Positions 13,329-26,662 of a DNA stretch of 64,000 bases are shown here, piece by piece. A model generated the notes under the pieces. That model had not been told where the DNA came from, made no database searches, and saw nothing but the letters and a program-made list of their open reading frames with translations. Every line of letters starts with the position of its first letter. Within the stretch, counting starts at the first letter, position 1. The DNA is from Mobula hypostoma (Eukaryota). The stretch is taken from NCBI RefSeq assembly GCF_963921235.1, contig NC_086107.1, forward strand, positions 93,002,001-93,066,000, written 5' to 3'. The translations under genes and the position numbers were made by a program.

Positions 13329-13630
13329 ACCACCTATATTATGTATACACAGTATAGCCACTCTCAACAGTTAATCGTACATTATGTTGTATAGAAATGC
13401 TTTTATATTTATTGTCTTTCTTATGCCATGTCAGATCGGGAGTAACAATCATTTTGTTCTCCTTTACACTCATACTGAAGTATGACAATAAACCATCTTG
13501 AATCTTCATAAGGATTCTTAAGACTCTGGTGTGGACTGGAAAAGAGCAATAACAATCTGACCCCTCAAACAACATGGGCTGAGCAGCAGGAATGGGTAGG
13601 GGAAGGGGTATGTTGTTTGTGATGTATATA

Positions 13631-14023
13631 CAGTACTGTGAGTGGGAGGGGTGTGGCAGAGAAGGGGTGCCAGGGGTGAGAGGGGGATGGCACGGGTGCA
13701 GACACACCCAGCCCTGAGACACTGGACAAAGTCATTTGATTACAAATAATTGGTTTATTGATCGTTACAGAATGTCTCTCAGGTGCTTCGCTCTCCCTTC
13801 GCCTTTTCCCAACCATGATTCCCCTCTCCCTGCCCCTTTCCCGTTTTCAGTCCTCAATAGAGACCCTTATCAGAATCAGGTTTATCATCACTCACATATG
13901 CCATGAAATTAGTTTTTTTTTGTGGCAGCGGTACAGTGCAATGCATAAAATTACTACAGTACTGTGCAAAACTCTTAGGCACCCTAGCAATGTATATGTG
14001 CCCAGGAATTTTGCACACTGCTG
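13631..14023 (+). mobile_element. Composite Tc1-type MITE carrying a captured LINE tail, copy 1
   Basis: TA-cagtactgtg...gcacactgctg-TA. Internal atcagaatcaggtttatcatcac LINE-tail segment and a terminal TIR-TIR hairpin (13957-14023). Inverse copy at 23523-23947. Confidence 0.7.
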
Positions 14024-14029
14024 TATATA

Positions 14030-14990
14030 TGCAACTTGGACAGAAATGTGGATGGGCTGTTTGTAGATGACACAAAAGGCTTTGTAGAATGGTGGACCAG
14101 AAACAAAGTTATTAAAGGATTCGTCAGGATACTGACCTGGATAGAGCAATGGCAGATTGAGCTTAATCCAGGCAAGTGTGAAGTGTTGCACTCTGGGAGG
14201 TCAAATGTAAGAAGAGAGGATAGAGTAAATGACAGGACTCTTAGTAGCACCGATGTGCAGAGGAATCGCATAACTCTCTGAAAGTGGCATCACAAGTAGA
14301 TCAACCGGTAAAGAAGGTGTATGGTGTACTTGCCCTCAACCGTCAGGGCACTGGGTACAGAGCAGATTAAATGCTGGAGGAACTCAGCCGATCAGGCAGT
14401 ATCTATGGAGGGGAATAAGCCAGTCAACGTTTCAGGCTGAGACCCTTCATAGGGTCTTGGCCGAAACATCGATTTTTTTTATTCCTCTCTGGTGAGTATC
14501 TCCAGCATTTTGTGTGTGCTGCTCTGGATAAACAGCAGAGCCTACTATGTCATTGAGGAGAAGGGTCAGGAAGTCATCTTGTAGGTTATAGAAAATTATT
14601 TGGGCAAAATTCGGAGTAATGTGTGCATTTCTGGTTGCCCTATTACAGGAAGGATGAGAGGGTGCAGGAGAGAATTGCTGCCTGAATAAGAGGGAATGAG
14701 CTATAAGGAGCGTTTGGACAAACTTGTGTTATTTTTTATATAGAGGTATATAAAATTATGAGTGGCTTCCACAGGATAGAGAGTCTTCTTCCCAGGGCGT
14801 AAATGTCAAGTGCCAAATGCCAAATGCCGGAGAGCATAGCTTTAAGGTGGGAGGGGGAGCCCTAAAGACTTGTTGGGTATGTCTTTTGCACAGAGAGAGG
14901 CAGGTGCCAGGAAAGTGTTGCCCTGGAAGGTGGTGAAAGCAGATACAATAACGGTGTTTAAATGGCATTTAGACAGCCACATGAACAGTC
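14030..14990 (+). mobile_element. Degraded CR1 3' half with a Penelope-like insert (~14368-14530)
   Basis: FVDDTK and WQIELNPGKCEVLH motifs; CR1 3' terminal sequence. Confidence 0.75.
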
Positions 14991-15123
14991 AGAGAGTGAT
15001 TCATAGTTTCATTGAGTTATATACCACGGGAAAATGTACCTTGGCCCATTTTATCCATGCTGACCAAGTTGCCTACTTGAGCAGGTTCCCATCTGTCTGT
15101 GTTTGACCCATAACCCTCTATAC

Positions 15124-15203
15124 CAGGGGTTCCCAAACTTCTTTATGCCATGGACCCCTACCATTAACCAAGGAGCCTGTGGACCCCATGTTGGGGACTC
15201 CTG
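15124..15203. mobile_element. 80-bp hAT (Charlie-like) MITE
   Basis: TIRs caggggttcccaa and ttggggactcctg. 8-bp TSD ctctatac/ctctaaac. Inserted in a minus-strand CR1 3' end. Confidence 0.8.
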
Positions 15204-15547
15204 CTCTAAACCTTTCCTATCCATGCACATGTCCAATTGTCTTTTAAATGTTATTAATGTACTTGCTCCATCTGGCAGCTCATTCCATATGTTCACCACC
15301 TCTGTGTGAAAAATGTTGCCTCTTGAGTCCCCTTTTAATCTTTTCCCTCTCACCCTAAGACCATGCCCCCTAGTTTAATACTACTCTACCCTGGGGAAAA
15401 GAGTATTTTAATCATCTCTGTAAGGGGGATCCTCATTCTTCTACATTGCAAGGAGTTAAAAAATCAGAATAAAGTTTATTTTCACTGTTCTATACAGCAC
15501 GAACTTTATTGTTTTGTGAGAGCAGTATAGTGCAAGGTATACTAATT

Positions 15548-17032
15548 ACTCGGTGGCCAATTTATTAGGGACCTACTGCACCCAGTAAAGTGGCCACTGG
15601 ATGTATATTTGTGGTTTCCTGCTACTGTAGCTCATCCAGTGCTCTACATTGCTCTACTCTCTCCGCACCCACGCTGTGTGGCTAAACTCAGCTCAAACAC
15701 CATCTATAAACTTGCCAAAGACACAACTATTGTTGGCAGAATTTCAGGTGGTGAAGAGGAGGTGTACAGAAGTGAGATAGATCAGCTGGTTGAGTGGTGT
15801 AGTAAGAACAAACTTGCATTCAACATCAACATCAGTAAGACAAAGGAATTGATTGTGGACTTCTTGAAGGGGAAGTCAAGGAAACACACATCCATTCTCA
15901 CCGGGGGAATCAATAATGGAAAGGGTGAGCATTTTCAAATTCCTTGGTTATCATTATCTTTGCAGATCAATCCTGTGTCCAACATATTGATGCAATCACA
16001 AAGACAGCGGCTATATTTCATTAGGTGTTTGAGGAGACTTGGAGCTTGAGGAGGCTTGGTATGACGCCAAAGACTCTCGCTGATTTCTACAGATGCACCA
16101 TGGTTGCATCGCAGTCTGATACGGAGGGGCGATGGCACAGAATCGGAAAAAGCTTCAGGACACTGCACACTCTGCCCGTCATGTCCCAGTCACTAGCCTC
16201 TCCAACATTGAGGACGTCTTCATAAAGCGATCAGAAAGGTGGCATCCCCCATCACACAGGACGTGCATTCTTCTTGTTGCTACCATCAAGAATGAGGTAC
16301 AGGAGCCTGAAGGCACAAACTCAATGTTTTAGGAACATCTTCCCCTCTCCCACCAGATTTTTGCATGGACAATGAACCTACATACGCTACCTCGATATTT
16401 TTTCTTTCTTTTTGCTCTCTTTTTGCACTACTTACTTAATTTAATTTTTATAATAGAACACTTACCGTAATTCACAATTTTTATTATTATGTATTACAAT
16501 GTACTGCGGCTGCAAAACAACAAATTTCATGACATATGCCAGTGAATTTAAACCTGATTCTGATTCACTTCGACATGTTGTGTATTCAGAGATGCTCTTC
16601 TCTACACCGCTGTTGTAACACGGGGTTATTTGAGTTACTGTCACCCTCCTGTCAGCTTGAGCTAGTCTAACCATTCTCCTCCGACCTCTCACGTTAACAA
16701 GGCATTTTTGCCCACAGAACCGCCGCTCACTGGATGTTTTTTGTTTTTCGTACCATTCTCTGTAAACTCTGAACACTGTTGTGTGTGAAAATCCCTGGAG
16801 ATCCCAGAAGGTTAACAGTTTCCGAGATAGTCAGACTAGCCCCGTTTGACACCTACAATCATTCCACGGTCAAAGTCACTTAGATTTCATTTCTTCTACA
16901 TTCTGGTGTTTGGTCTGAACAAGAACTGAACCTCTTGACCATATCTGCATGCTTTTATTCTGTCACATGACTGGCTGATTAGATATTTGCATTAACAAGC
17001 AGGTGTAGAGCTGTACAAGTGGCCACCGAGTG
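15548..17032 (-). mobile_element. Tc1 internal-deletion derivative (TIR cactcagtggccactttattaggtac) split by a LINE
   Basis: Pieces 15548-15638 and ~16565-17032 join to match the copies at 39035-40311 and 62621-63137. Encodes a transposase N-terminal remnant (RVYREWYEKQKTSSERRFCGQK). Confidence 0.75.
15639..16563 (+). mobile_element. Rex1/Babar-L2-type LINE, 5'-truncated RT end
   Basis: IYKLAKDTTIVGRISG (a KFADDT-like motif), LVEWCSKNKL, SKTKELIVDF, QRLYFIRCLRR. gattctgattc tail. Confidence 0.8.
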
Positions 17033-18113
17033 TTCAAAGATTCAAAGCATATTTATTATCAAAGAACGTATAAATTATACACCTTGAAATTTGCCTGCTT
17101 ACAGGCAGCCACAAAGCAAGAAACCCGAATAACCCAACTAAAAAAAAAGACCAAAAACCACTGCGCAGAGAAAGAGAGAGAACAAAAAACACACACACAT
17201 CATGCAAACAATAGAAACAAGCCAACAGCATCCCAAATCAGAGTGAGTCCCAGATCTGCTCCCGGAGCAACTGAATTGGCCCAAGCCTCTGTCCCCAGTT
17301 TGTCACACCAGTGCAGAAATGAACTCCCCTTCTAACTTGGGCCCTCTGGTCCTGACAGCATCCTCATAAATCTTCCCTGCACATTTTTTCCAGTTTAACT
17401 ATCATGTCTTTCCTATAACAGGGTGAACTTCTTTGAGAAACACGTTTTGGAACCCACCTGAGAACAGGCTATTTCAGATTTAATCATGACCAGTGAGGAA
17501 GAATCTTGTGCTTAATGAGAGTTAGTGACCACAATAATGATGTTCTAATTTGACAGCGAACACCACAGAGCCAAACCCTGTGTCTCTTCAACTTAAATAA
17601 GGACAAATTAAATGAATGAAGGTGGAGGTGTCTGAGGTGCACTGGGGAGATAAGCTGAGACGCAAGTTAGTAGATGAGCATTGGCACGTGGGCAGATGTT
17701 CAAACATCTGGTATATAGTGCTCAGTAGGAATTGATCCAAGTTAGGAAGAGGGATTTCATGGGAAAGAGGCTCATGAAGTTAGGAAAGGAGGTCAAGTTT
17801 AACAGTATATTGAGAAGGAGGTCATACAATGTGGTAAGGGCTGGTGGTAACCAGAGTTCTTCTTCAGATTCATATTCAGGTGTGTTCATCACATGCACAT
17901 CAATGCTTACAGTGAAATGCACCATTTTCACCAACAACCAACACACCCCAGGATGCGCTGGGGGCACAAGTGCATTTATGATCAGGTGCAATGAAAGACT
18001 TATTTTGCTTCTGTAACCCCTGCCCGATGATAGCTGTGAAAAGATGGCATGGCCCAGATGGCGGGGATTAGTACTGATGGATGTTGCCTTCTGTAGATAC
18101 AATTGATGGTGGG

Positions 18114-18549
18114 TGTTGAAACGTGAACAAAGTCACCAGAGAGACACTCTGAACTTAGTGAATACAAAAGTTTTTTATTCCTCAAAAACAAGCTATAGGC
18201 ATCGTATTGAGACACTCTTGGAAGAGGAGGCCTCCCAACCCAATATTACATGACACTTTTATATGCTAAGGATCAAAGGTAGCAGCAGGACAATTCTATA
18301 GTTACAATGTAACTACAATGCTTCCTTTAAATTACATATAGTTTTCACATACGCCTTCTTCGCAGCCACACCCCAGACACCTAAAATGAATGTTAATCAG
18401 CATTGTCTGGTTTGCAATCAGCTCCAGGAAAGTGGACAGATCAGGTCTGCATTTTAAATTCAGTTTGCAATTCACGTTCGTGTCTGCAGACTGGCTGCTG
18501 ATGAAGTAAACATTTACTGTATACCCTAACTCCAGAATATGCCCTTACA
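18114..18549 (-). mobile_element. Solo LTR (436 bp)
   Basis: TGT...ACA termini. On the minus strand CATATAAAA (18257-18265) is followed by AATAAA (18174-18179) near the end. Interrupts a LINE fragment. TSD only partial (gtggg/gtgca). Confidence 0.6.
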
Positions 18550-18881
18550 GTGCAGAGGGATGTGACTGTAATGTATTGGACAGAGTCCACGACCGTGAAA
18601 GTAAATGACATGTTGGCCTATATTACACAGGAGTTGAAGATTATAACAGGGAAATCTTGTTACAGTTGTATGGGCTGTTGGTGAGGTTTCACATCAAGTA
18701 TTGTGCATGGTGTTTTAGTCATCTTACCAAGAAAAATAATGTAGTTATATCAGAGCTAAGGAGAGACAATGGCACCTAACGGCAACTTCTTTGTTTGCAT
18801 CTTCGGAAACAGCTCTATTTCCAGCTTTAATATCTCTATTTTCCCCTTTCAAGGTTCTTTTGACGACCCTGACCTGGAGTT

Positions 18882-19825
18882 ACCTCATTATAGGAAGGAC
18901 GTGGAAGTTTTAGAGAAGGTGCAGAGGAGATTTGCCAGGATGCTGGCCTGTCTCGAGAGGACACTCTGAATGATCTAGGGCTTTTCTCTTTGGAGCGAAG
19001 GAGGGTGATCACATTTGGAGTGTTGTGTTCTGTTCTGAGCGCTTCATTATAAAAAAATGATGTGGAAGCTTTAGTGAAGGTGCAGAGGAGATTTGCCAGG
19101 ATGCTGTCTAGACGAGAGAACATGTCTTATGAGGATAGGTTGAACAACCTGGGGCTTTTCTCTTTAGAGCGAAGGACAATGAGAGGTGATTTGACAGAGG
19201 TGTATAAGATAAGAGGCATAGAAAGAGTGGACAGGCAGAGAATTTTTCCCAGAGTGGAAATGGCTGACACAAGTGGCATAACTTTAAGGTGATTGAATAC
19301 AAGAATGGGGGAGGGGCGAAATATCAGAGGTAAATTTTTTTACACAAAGAGTGGTGAGTGCGTGGAATGTGCTACTGGGGTGGTGGTAGACACAGACACA
19401 TTAGGGACATTTAGGAGACTTTTAGATAGGCACACCCTCCAAGAGAACCACAAACTTGTCGTAGGGTTTGGAGGCTTGCATGCCTCAGTGACCCAGAGAG
19501 CTACACTGGCTGGAGTCAAGGCCTCGTGCTTTGGCTCTTGGTAGGGTCACCCACGCCAAACAGGTCAAAGGGTAGAGGACAGACCAAGGGAGGTCCACTG
19601 GTCCTCCAGGTTCAGGGGTTCAGCTCAGGGCTAACAACCCTGAGTGGTTAAAAAACAACTGTTGTGGAAACAGCAATAAAGAATCCTTTTATACAGAGAC
19701 GGAGGACCTTCATTGCTACCCTAAACGTCAGCTGCGTAATGAGCAGTAGGTAAGAGCAGCACATCAATGAATAAAACTGGAGGGTTTTGTCGGAGGAAAG
19801 GGATAGATGGATCTTCAACTCATTA
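18882..19825 (+). mobile_element. CR1 3' fragment with an internal duplication and a nested RTE derivative
   Basis: The HYRKDVEVLEKVQRRFARML segment occurs twice (~18885 and ~19045). LGLFSLERR motif present. Confidence 0.8.
19436..19754 (+). mobile_element. Bipartite RTE derivative (5'UTR joined to 3' end)
   Basis: RTE-like 5' region cttgtcgtagggtttggaggcttgcatgcctc...ggtagggtcacccacgcc and 3' end cttcattgctaccctaaa...cagtaggtaag. gcaca occurs on both flanks. Other copies at 26663-27088 and at 45560/48531. Confidence 0.7.
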
Positions 19826-22800
19826 AGTTGCTCCAGATTCCAGCCTCTACAGTCACGTGTGTCTCCAGGTGTAGTTTTGAATTGAAAACGTCTGCATAGG
19901 AGCGTGGAGAAGACTGCACATCATATCTACCTACAGCCACTGACTCTGTTTCAGAGTACAAGCCAGAGTCACCCTACACCAGGACCAACTTTCAATTGTA
20001 ATGAGTCTGAACATCAGACAACCGAGCAATATGAGGACAGGGGGACAGCAACGTGCTCACTGGGTGAAGGCAAACTCCCCCTGCAGAGTCAGGCAGTTGG
20101 GCCCCGAGGTGAGGGGAAACCTCTTCACTCCAAAAATCACGAGTCTTTGAAATTCCCTGTGTACTTGGCTGCTGATTATAACACAGATCGACTGCCGATG
20201 TCCATCCCACCTTCTAAGGATGTTCATCAAACCCCAGTCTTTGTAAGGAAAGGGTGACAAGTTGGGAGCTTTAGAGTCATGGAGTATTATAGCAGAGAAA
20301 TAGGGCATTTGGCCCACCAAGCCTATGCTGAACACGATGCCAAATTAAACTAAATCCCTTCTGCATGTGCATAATCAATATCTCTCCATTCCCCGCATAT
20401 TCTCTGCTTCCATCTAAACATTATTTGAACACCACTGATACAGTATATCTGCTTCCACCACCATCCTCGGCAGCCTATTCCAGGCTCCCATCACTCTCTA
20501 CATAAAAATCCTCCTTCTTATTCCCCCTCCCACTTTAAATGCATGCTATCTAATTGTTGACGTTTCTACCTCGGGAGAAAGACCCTGTCCTCGGCTCTCA
20601 GAATTTTATAAATTTCTATCAGGTCTCCCCTCAGCCCCTGACGCTTCAGAGAAAACTTTGTCCGACAATCCAAGTTTGCCCAATTCCGATGATTCGGTTC
20701 AAGAGCTGATGAGGGGCATTCAACCGGAAACTTCAATGTTCGTTTCTCTTTCCACAGATGCTGCCAGACCAGATGGGTGTTTTTATTCCCCCCACCCCAG
20801 CATTTTCTGTCTGTATTAATGTGCATTCAGTGCTGGGCGGGAAAGAGTTAACTGGTTAACCCCCGATGTCCAATAGGAGAGTGGTCTTCTGTGTGGAGGC
20901 TGCTGCTTTTTCTAGCCTGGTTACCCATTGCTCAGCTCTGCTTTGCAGCTGAGAGATTACGCACGAGCCTCCTGTTCATCAGTCCGTGCACGACCAGCGT
21001 TGCTTCTATTTCTGGCACTGCAGGGTCGCTGACTTTAAAACACGAACCTGCTCTATTTTTAAACATTTCGAAGCTTCACAGGCAGACAGACCTGGGAAGA
21101 CTGCAGAGTTAACTCACGGTGTGCCAGCTTCCTCCCAACACACCCCTTTACCCCAGCCTCCCTTCACTTTGCGGGGAGCCGGAGGGGGGTGGAGAGAAAG
21201 TCCAGCCCATCTGCTGGGGCAGAAATAAGGGGGAAGGAGGAAGCAGGAGGGGCCATTTGCTTCACATTAAATCTGCCTCCTTTTACCCTCATCAGTGCTA
21301 GAAACAAGAGGGCACTGTTCTGAGATCAGAGGCGAGAGATTTAAAAGGGACATCAGGGGCAGCTTTTTTCACGCAAAGGATGGTGCATATTTGGAATGAG
21401 CTGTCATAAATAATGGCTGAAAGGCATATTAGTGATACTTAAACGTCATCTGGATAAGTACATGGATAGGAGTGGTTTATTTAAAAACAATTTTATTTTA
21501 GACGTACAGCCTGGTGACAGGTCTTTCCACCAGTCCAATGAACACATATCACCCAGTTACACCCAAATGACTAATTAACCACCACCAGGTTCAGGACTAG
21601 TTATTACCCCTCAGCCATCAGCTCTTGAACCAAAGGGGATAACTTCTCTCGCCCCATCACTGAACTGTTCCCACAACCTATAGACTCACTTTTGAAGACT
21701 CTTCATCTCATGTTCTCAAAATTTATTGCAAATTTACTTATTATTATTTCTTTATTTTTGTATTTGCACAGTTTGTTAACATTTGCTCACTGGTTGAATG
21801 CTCAAGTTGGTCCGGTCTTTCATTGATTCTATTATTGAGTATGCCCACAAGAAAATGAATCTCAGGGTTGTATATGGTGACATGTATGTACTTTGATAAT
21901 AAAATTACTTTGATCTTTGAACTTTGATCCTACTGACCCGTACGTGCTTGGAACACATCATCTCAATGTGTTCCAGTCTACCTGTGTCAGTTGGGTCAAT
22001 TTCAGGTTGCTTCGGAAGACAGGAATATCCCGGGATATATATTTTTAGAGATACAACGCAGAACAGGCCCTTCCGGCCCGACAAACTGCACCACCCATCG
22101 ACCCACCTATTTATCCCAAGCCCAATCACAGGGTAGTTAATTAACCTGCTAACCGGTATGGAAACCCACAGAGTCATAGGGAGAGCATGCAAACTCCTTA
22201 CAGATGGCAGCGGGAAATGAACCCGGGTCGCTAGTGTCACAATAGCGTTAGGCCACCGACTACGCTCCTGTGCCGTCCCACTTAGAGGGGTCTGGGGCCA
22301 AACACTGGCAGGTGGGGCCAGCTTGTTGGGCTGCACCATCGGCATGAACAAGTTGGGCCGAAGGTGTCCCTGCCGTATAACCCTATAGTTGTAATACTTG
22401 CCCAGCACAGAGCCCTGAAGCTAACTCCTCCATTTCACTTGATCTCAGCAGTCTAAACACTTACCTATCTACTGTGAAATTCTTCCCATCCAGCACTTCC
22501 AGGGTATAATCCCACTGGCTGAAACTCTTTTCAATATCTGCCCAGTGTGCAGATCTCAAGACAAAAGGATCAATCTCCCAGTGAACTCTGAAACCATTCC
22601 ACTCTACTAGGAGAGGTTTGGGTTACGGGCCAAGCGTGGATAGCTCACTGTGCAGTGCATGGATGAGATGGGACGAAGGGCCTGTTTCCATACTGTAAGA
22701 CTCTATGACTATGATTAGCTCCGTGGAAACTTGCTGGACCAGTCTGTCATCACCGGGCACTTCCACTGTCCCAGGCATGTAGACGGTGTCCCTTCACGAT

Positions 22801-22969
22801 GAGCCCACTCACCTGTTTTGTGTTAGGGATAGGGCAGCTGACCAACAGGGACTTAGAGTGGTACTCTCCAATCCTGAGGGCAACTCACAATCCTTGCACC
22901 TCCAGCCTGCCACCCCCCCCCCAACCTCCAGCAGCCAATGCAAAGACAGAGTCTCCATTTCGTCATGGC

Positions 22970-23270
22970 AGCTGTTGGCACCTAAATCAGGAGGCTCCAG
23001 GTTCAAATTCCACTCTGGAGAGACCATAAGATTCAGCAGAGTACAGAGGGAGTGCTGCACCATCAGGGGTGTGCCCCATCAACTGAAGTGTCACGCCCGT
23101 ACCCTCAGTTGTTCATCCAGAGCAGATCAAGAGAATAACCCCGGAGTTCTGACCACATTGTTGCTCTCACAATGAGCAGGCTGTCCAGTGACTTTTGCGT
23201 GGCCTCTCATGGGAGCTCGTGACTGACAACCTACTTACATTGCAAGACAGGATGCACCTCAAGCAAAATA
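22970..23270 (+). mobile_element. Old tRNA-derived SINE, possibly Deu-domain type
   Basis: B-box-like caggttcaaattcc followed by gtacagagggagtgctgcacc, which resembles the Deu core. Highly decayed. Confidence 0.4.
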
Positions 23271-23522
23271 AACCAAGGATTCTGCTGATACTGGACATTT
23301 TGAGCAACATGCACAAAATGCTGGTGGAACTCAGTGGGTCAGGCAGATCTATGGAGGGGCTCACCATTTTGGTTTGAGTGATGAGGGATCTCAGACTGAA
23401 ATGTCACCTGTTTATTCCCCTCCATAGCTGCTGCCTGACCTGCCGAGTTCCTCCAGCATTTTGTCTGTATTAGTCTGGTGTAACCACGAGAACCATTTTA
23501 AAGATTTATTTGTCACATGTTA

Positions 23523-23947
23523 CAGTAGTGTGCGAAAATCTTAGGCGCATATATATAGCTGGGGTGCCTAAGATATTTGCACAGTACCGTAGTAATTTTA
23601 TGTATTGCTCTGTACTGCTGCCACAAAAAAATTCATGATTTATGTGAGTGATGATAAACCTGATTCTGATATGGGTCTCTATTGTGGACTGAGAGTGGGA
23701 AGGGGGCAGCGAGAGGGGAATCATGGTTGGGAAAAGGGGAAGGGAGAGGGGAGGGAGTGGAAAGTGCCAGAGAGACATTCTGTAATGATCAATAAACCCA
23801 GAATCAAATGACCTTGCCTGGTGTCTCAGGGCTGGGTGTTTCTGCACCCCCACCACCCGTACCCTTGGTGCCCCTTTGCTGCCACCTGCCCTGCACCCCT
23901 CCTTCAGCGCTCCACTCTCGCCATTCCCAACATCATTTGCTCCCACT
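23523..23947 (-). mobile_element. Composite Tc1-type MITE, copy 2
   Basis: Reverse complement of 13631-14023, with the same internal order of modules. Confidence 0.7.
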
Positions 23948-24152
23948 TAGCCTAATCATGGGACAACTTACAATGACCAATTAGCCTACCAACAGGGAAG
24001 TTTTTGGACTGTGGGAGGAAACTGCAGCACCTGGAGGGAACCCATGCAGTCATGGGGAGAATGTACAGACTCCTTACAGGCTGCGGTGGGAATAGAACCT
24101 GGGTCACTGGCACTGTAAATCATTGTGCTAACTACCACACTAGCATGCTGCC
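23948..24152 (-). mobile_element. tRNA-derived V-SINE (HE1-like)
   Basis: Minus strand has a tRNA-like head, then tgcatgggttccctccaggtgctgcagtttcctcccacagtccaaaa (V-domain). Related pieces near 7.7, 12.3, 22.1, 36.8 and 41.9 kb. Confidence 0.7.
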
Positions 24153-24414
24153 GTATCCCTCGAAACACCATTCTCCTGCCTTTGACGCCCTTACTAATCA
24201 AGAACCTATCAACCTCCGCTTTAAATATATCCAATGACTCGGCCTCCACAGCCTTCTGGTGACAATGGATTCGACCAATTCACCACCCTCTGGTTAAAGA
24301 AATTCCTCCTCATCTCTGTTCTAAAGGGACGTCCTTCTATTCTGAGGCTGAGGCCTCTGGTTCTAGACTCTCCCACTATAGGAAACATTCTCTCCATATC
24401 CATTCTATCTAGGC

Positions 24415-24494
24415 CAGAGGTTCCCAACCCGGGGTCCATGGAACCCTCGGTTAATGGTAGGTGTCCATGGCATAAAAAAGTTTGGGAGCCCCTG
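24415..24494. mobile_element. 80-bp hAT (Charlie-like) MITE
   Basis: Perfect 8-bp TSD atctaggc (24407-24414 and 24495-24502). TIRs cagaggttcccaa and tttgggagcccctg. Confidence 0.85.
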
Positions 24495-24859
24495 ATCTAG
24501 GCTTTTCAGTGTCAAAAAGTTTCAGTGAAATCCCCCCTCACTGTCTGATGAGGTACCATGATAAAACTCCAGGAGAAAATCCTCACCTCATGACAAAACA
24601 CTTTGCAAAAGATCAAGGCAGAATAATGCTGGTTCTCAATAACAAGTAACTGCAAACAACAATGTCCTCTGAACATTACCTTGGGTATCCGAAAAAGAAA
24701 CTGCTGCCAACTGATCTACAGCAACAGTAGCCTCCATTTACATAGTACCCGTAACACAGCAGAAATATCCCAAGGCATTTCACAGAGGCGGCAGATAAAG
24801 TTCTGCCTGGAAAAATATGAAGGTCGATTTTGAAGGCAAAATGCAGGAGGATTCTTAGC

Positions 24860-25640
24860 AGACTCGTCCAAAGTTGCAGTGCACATCGATATAGTGGTTA
24901 AGAAGGATTCTGGTATGTTAGCCTTCATTAGTTGGGGGATTGGATTTCAAGAGCTGTGAGGTAATATTGCAGCTCTATAAAACCTTGGTTAAATCACACT
25001 TGGAGCATTACCCTCTAATTCAGGATGCTGCTTGGATTAGAGAATATTTTGATGAGGATAGGTTGAGTGAGTTTTGGTTTTTTCCTTTTAGAGCGAAGGA
25101 GGATGAGAGGAGACTTGCTAGAGATGTACAAGATAATAAAAGGCACAGAACAAATGGACAGCCAGAGAGTTTTTCCCAAAGTAGAAGATGATTAGAGTAA
25201 AGTCTAGGGAAAGTCAGAGGTAAGTCATTTTTTACACAGTGGCTGGTGGGTGCGTGGAATGTGTGTGGGTGGTGGTAGAGGCAGATACATTAAGGACATT
25301 TAAGAAACTTTTGGATAGGGACATGAATGACTGAAAAAATGGAGGGCGATGAGGAAGAGCTTAGCTGACTGGTGGTGTAGTGGCATCAGCACCGGATTTT
25401 GAGGTGAATGGTCCCGGGTTCGAATCTGGCTGGTTCCTTGCACACTTTCCATCCATGCTAGGATGTGTGTTGAGCGAGCAACTCCGCCTCGTAAAAAACA
25501 GACAAATGCTAAGGAGATGGCAAAAATGCTGCCTGATGCGCTACAAGGCATGAAGAGGAACAGCAACAATGTGGGAGAGCAGGATTAGATTGATTTTAGA
25601 GTAGGTTAAGAAGTCAGCAAAACATCATGGATCAATGGTA
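24860..25640 (+). mobile_element. CR1 3' fragment
   Basis: EVILQLYKTLVKSHLEH motif and CR1 3' UTR. Confidence 0.75.
25364..25569 (+). mobile_element. tRNA-headed SINE with (AAC)n-like tail
   Basis: A box TGGTGTAGTGG 25373-25383 and B box GGTTCGAATC 25417-25426. Degenerate flanking duplication atgaggaagagc/atgtgggagagc. Inserted in a CR1 3' UTR. Confidence 0.7.
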
Positions 25641-26662
25641 AACACAAAATAAACTGCAGATGCTGAGGTCAAAGCAACACTCAAAACACGCTGGAGGAAC
25701 TCAGCATGTTGGGCAGCATCCGTGGAAGCAATCAGTCAACCTGTTGAGTTCCTCCAGCGTGTTGTGAGTGCTGGGTCAATGGGCCTGGTCAAACATCATG
25801 GGTCAATGGGCCTGGTCTATGTTTTATATGAGGCATCAGGGCAGATGGGCAACGGCTGGACAGTCTTGGCTGTAAGATGCATCTTAAATGTGGAGCAACA
25901 GAGAGGCGGGGGTAAATTTGTTTATTATTGTCACATGTACAGTGAAAAATCTATCTTGTGTACCATTCATAGACATCAGTTCATTACACAGTACAAGATA
26001 AAACAATAACAGACGCAATATAATGTGTTACTTTTACAGAGAATGTACAGTGCACGTAGACAATGAGGTGCAAGACTGTGAGATTAACAGTCCATCTTAT
26101 CATACTAGGTGACCATTCACCAATCTTATAACCTTGAGCCTGGTGGGACATGCTTTCAGGCTTTTGTACCCTCTGCTGGAGTGGCGGGGTGGTGGTGAGA
26201 AGAGAGAATGTGGGTGGTTGTGGTCTTTGAAAGATGCTGCCTGCTTTACTGAGGAAGCAGGAAGTGCAGACAGAATCTGTAGATGGGACGCTGTTTCTCA
26301 TGAAGTGCTGAGCTGTGTCCACGACTCTCTGCAGTCACAGGCAGAGCAGTCGCCGTACCAAGCCAATGATGGATGCTCGATGCGGTGTGTCAATGAATAT
26401 TTGTCCAGAATTTGAGAGTTCAGCATCCAAAGGTAGAAGCAGCAGTAGTGGGGTGGTTAAATTCATGGACAAACAAGAACCCAGAAATGGAACGTCGGTA
26501 TGTTGGGGGGCTCGTGTGAATGGAGGACATCACGTTCACGGGGAGTTATTGAGTCATACAGGATTGAAACTTGTCCGTGCTAGCCAAGCTGTTCATCTAA
26601 GCTAGTCCCATTTGCCTGTGTTTAAACCAATATCACTTTAAACCTTTCTGACCCATGAAGAT

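Noticed and set aside
25364..25435. Possible tRNA gene
   Set aside because: A and B boxes are present, but there is no clean acceptor stem and the sequence runs into a SINE body and tail inside a CR1.
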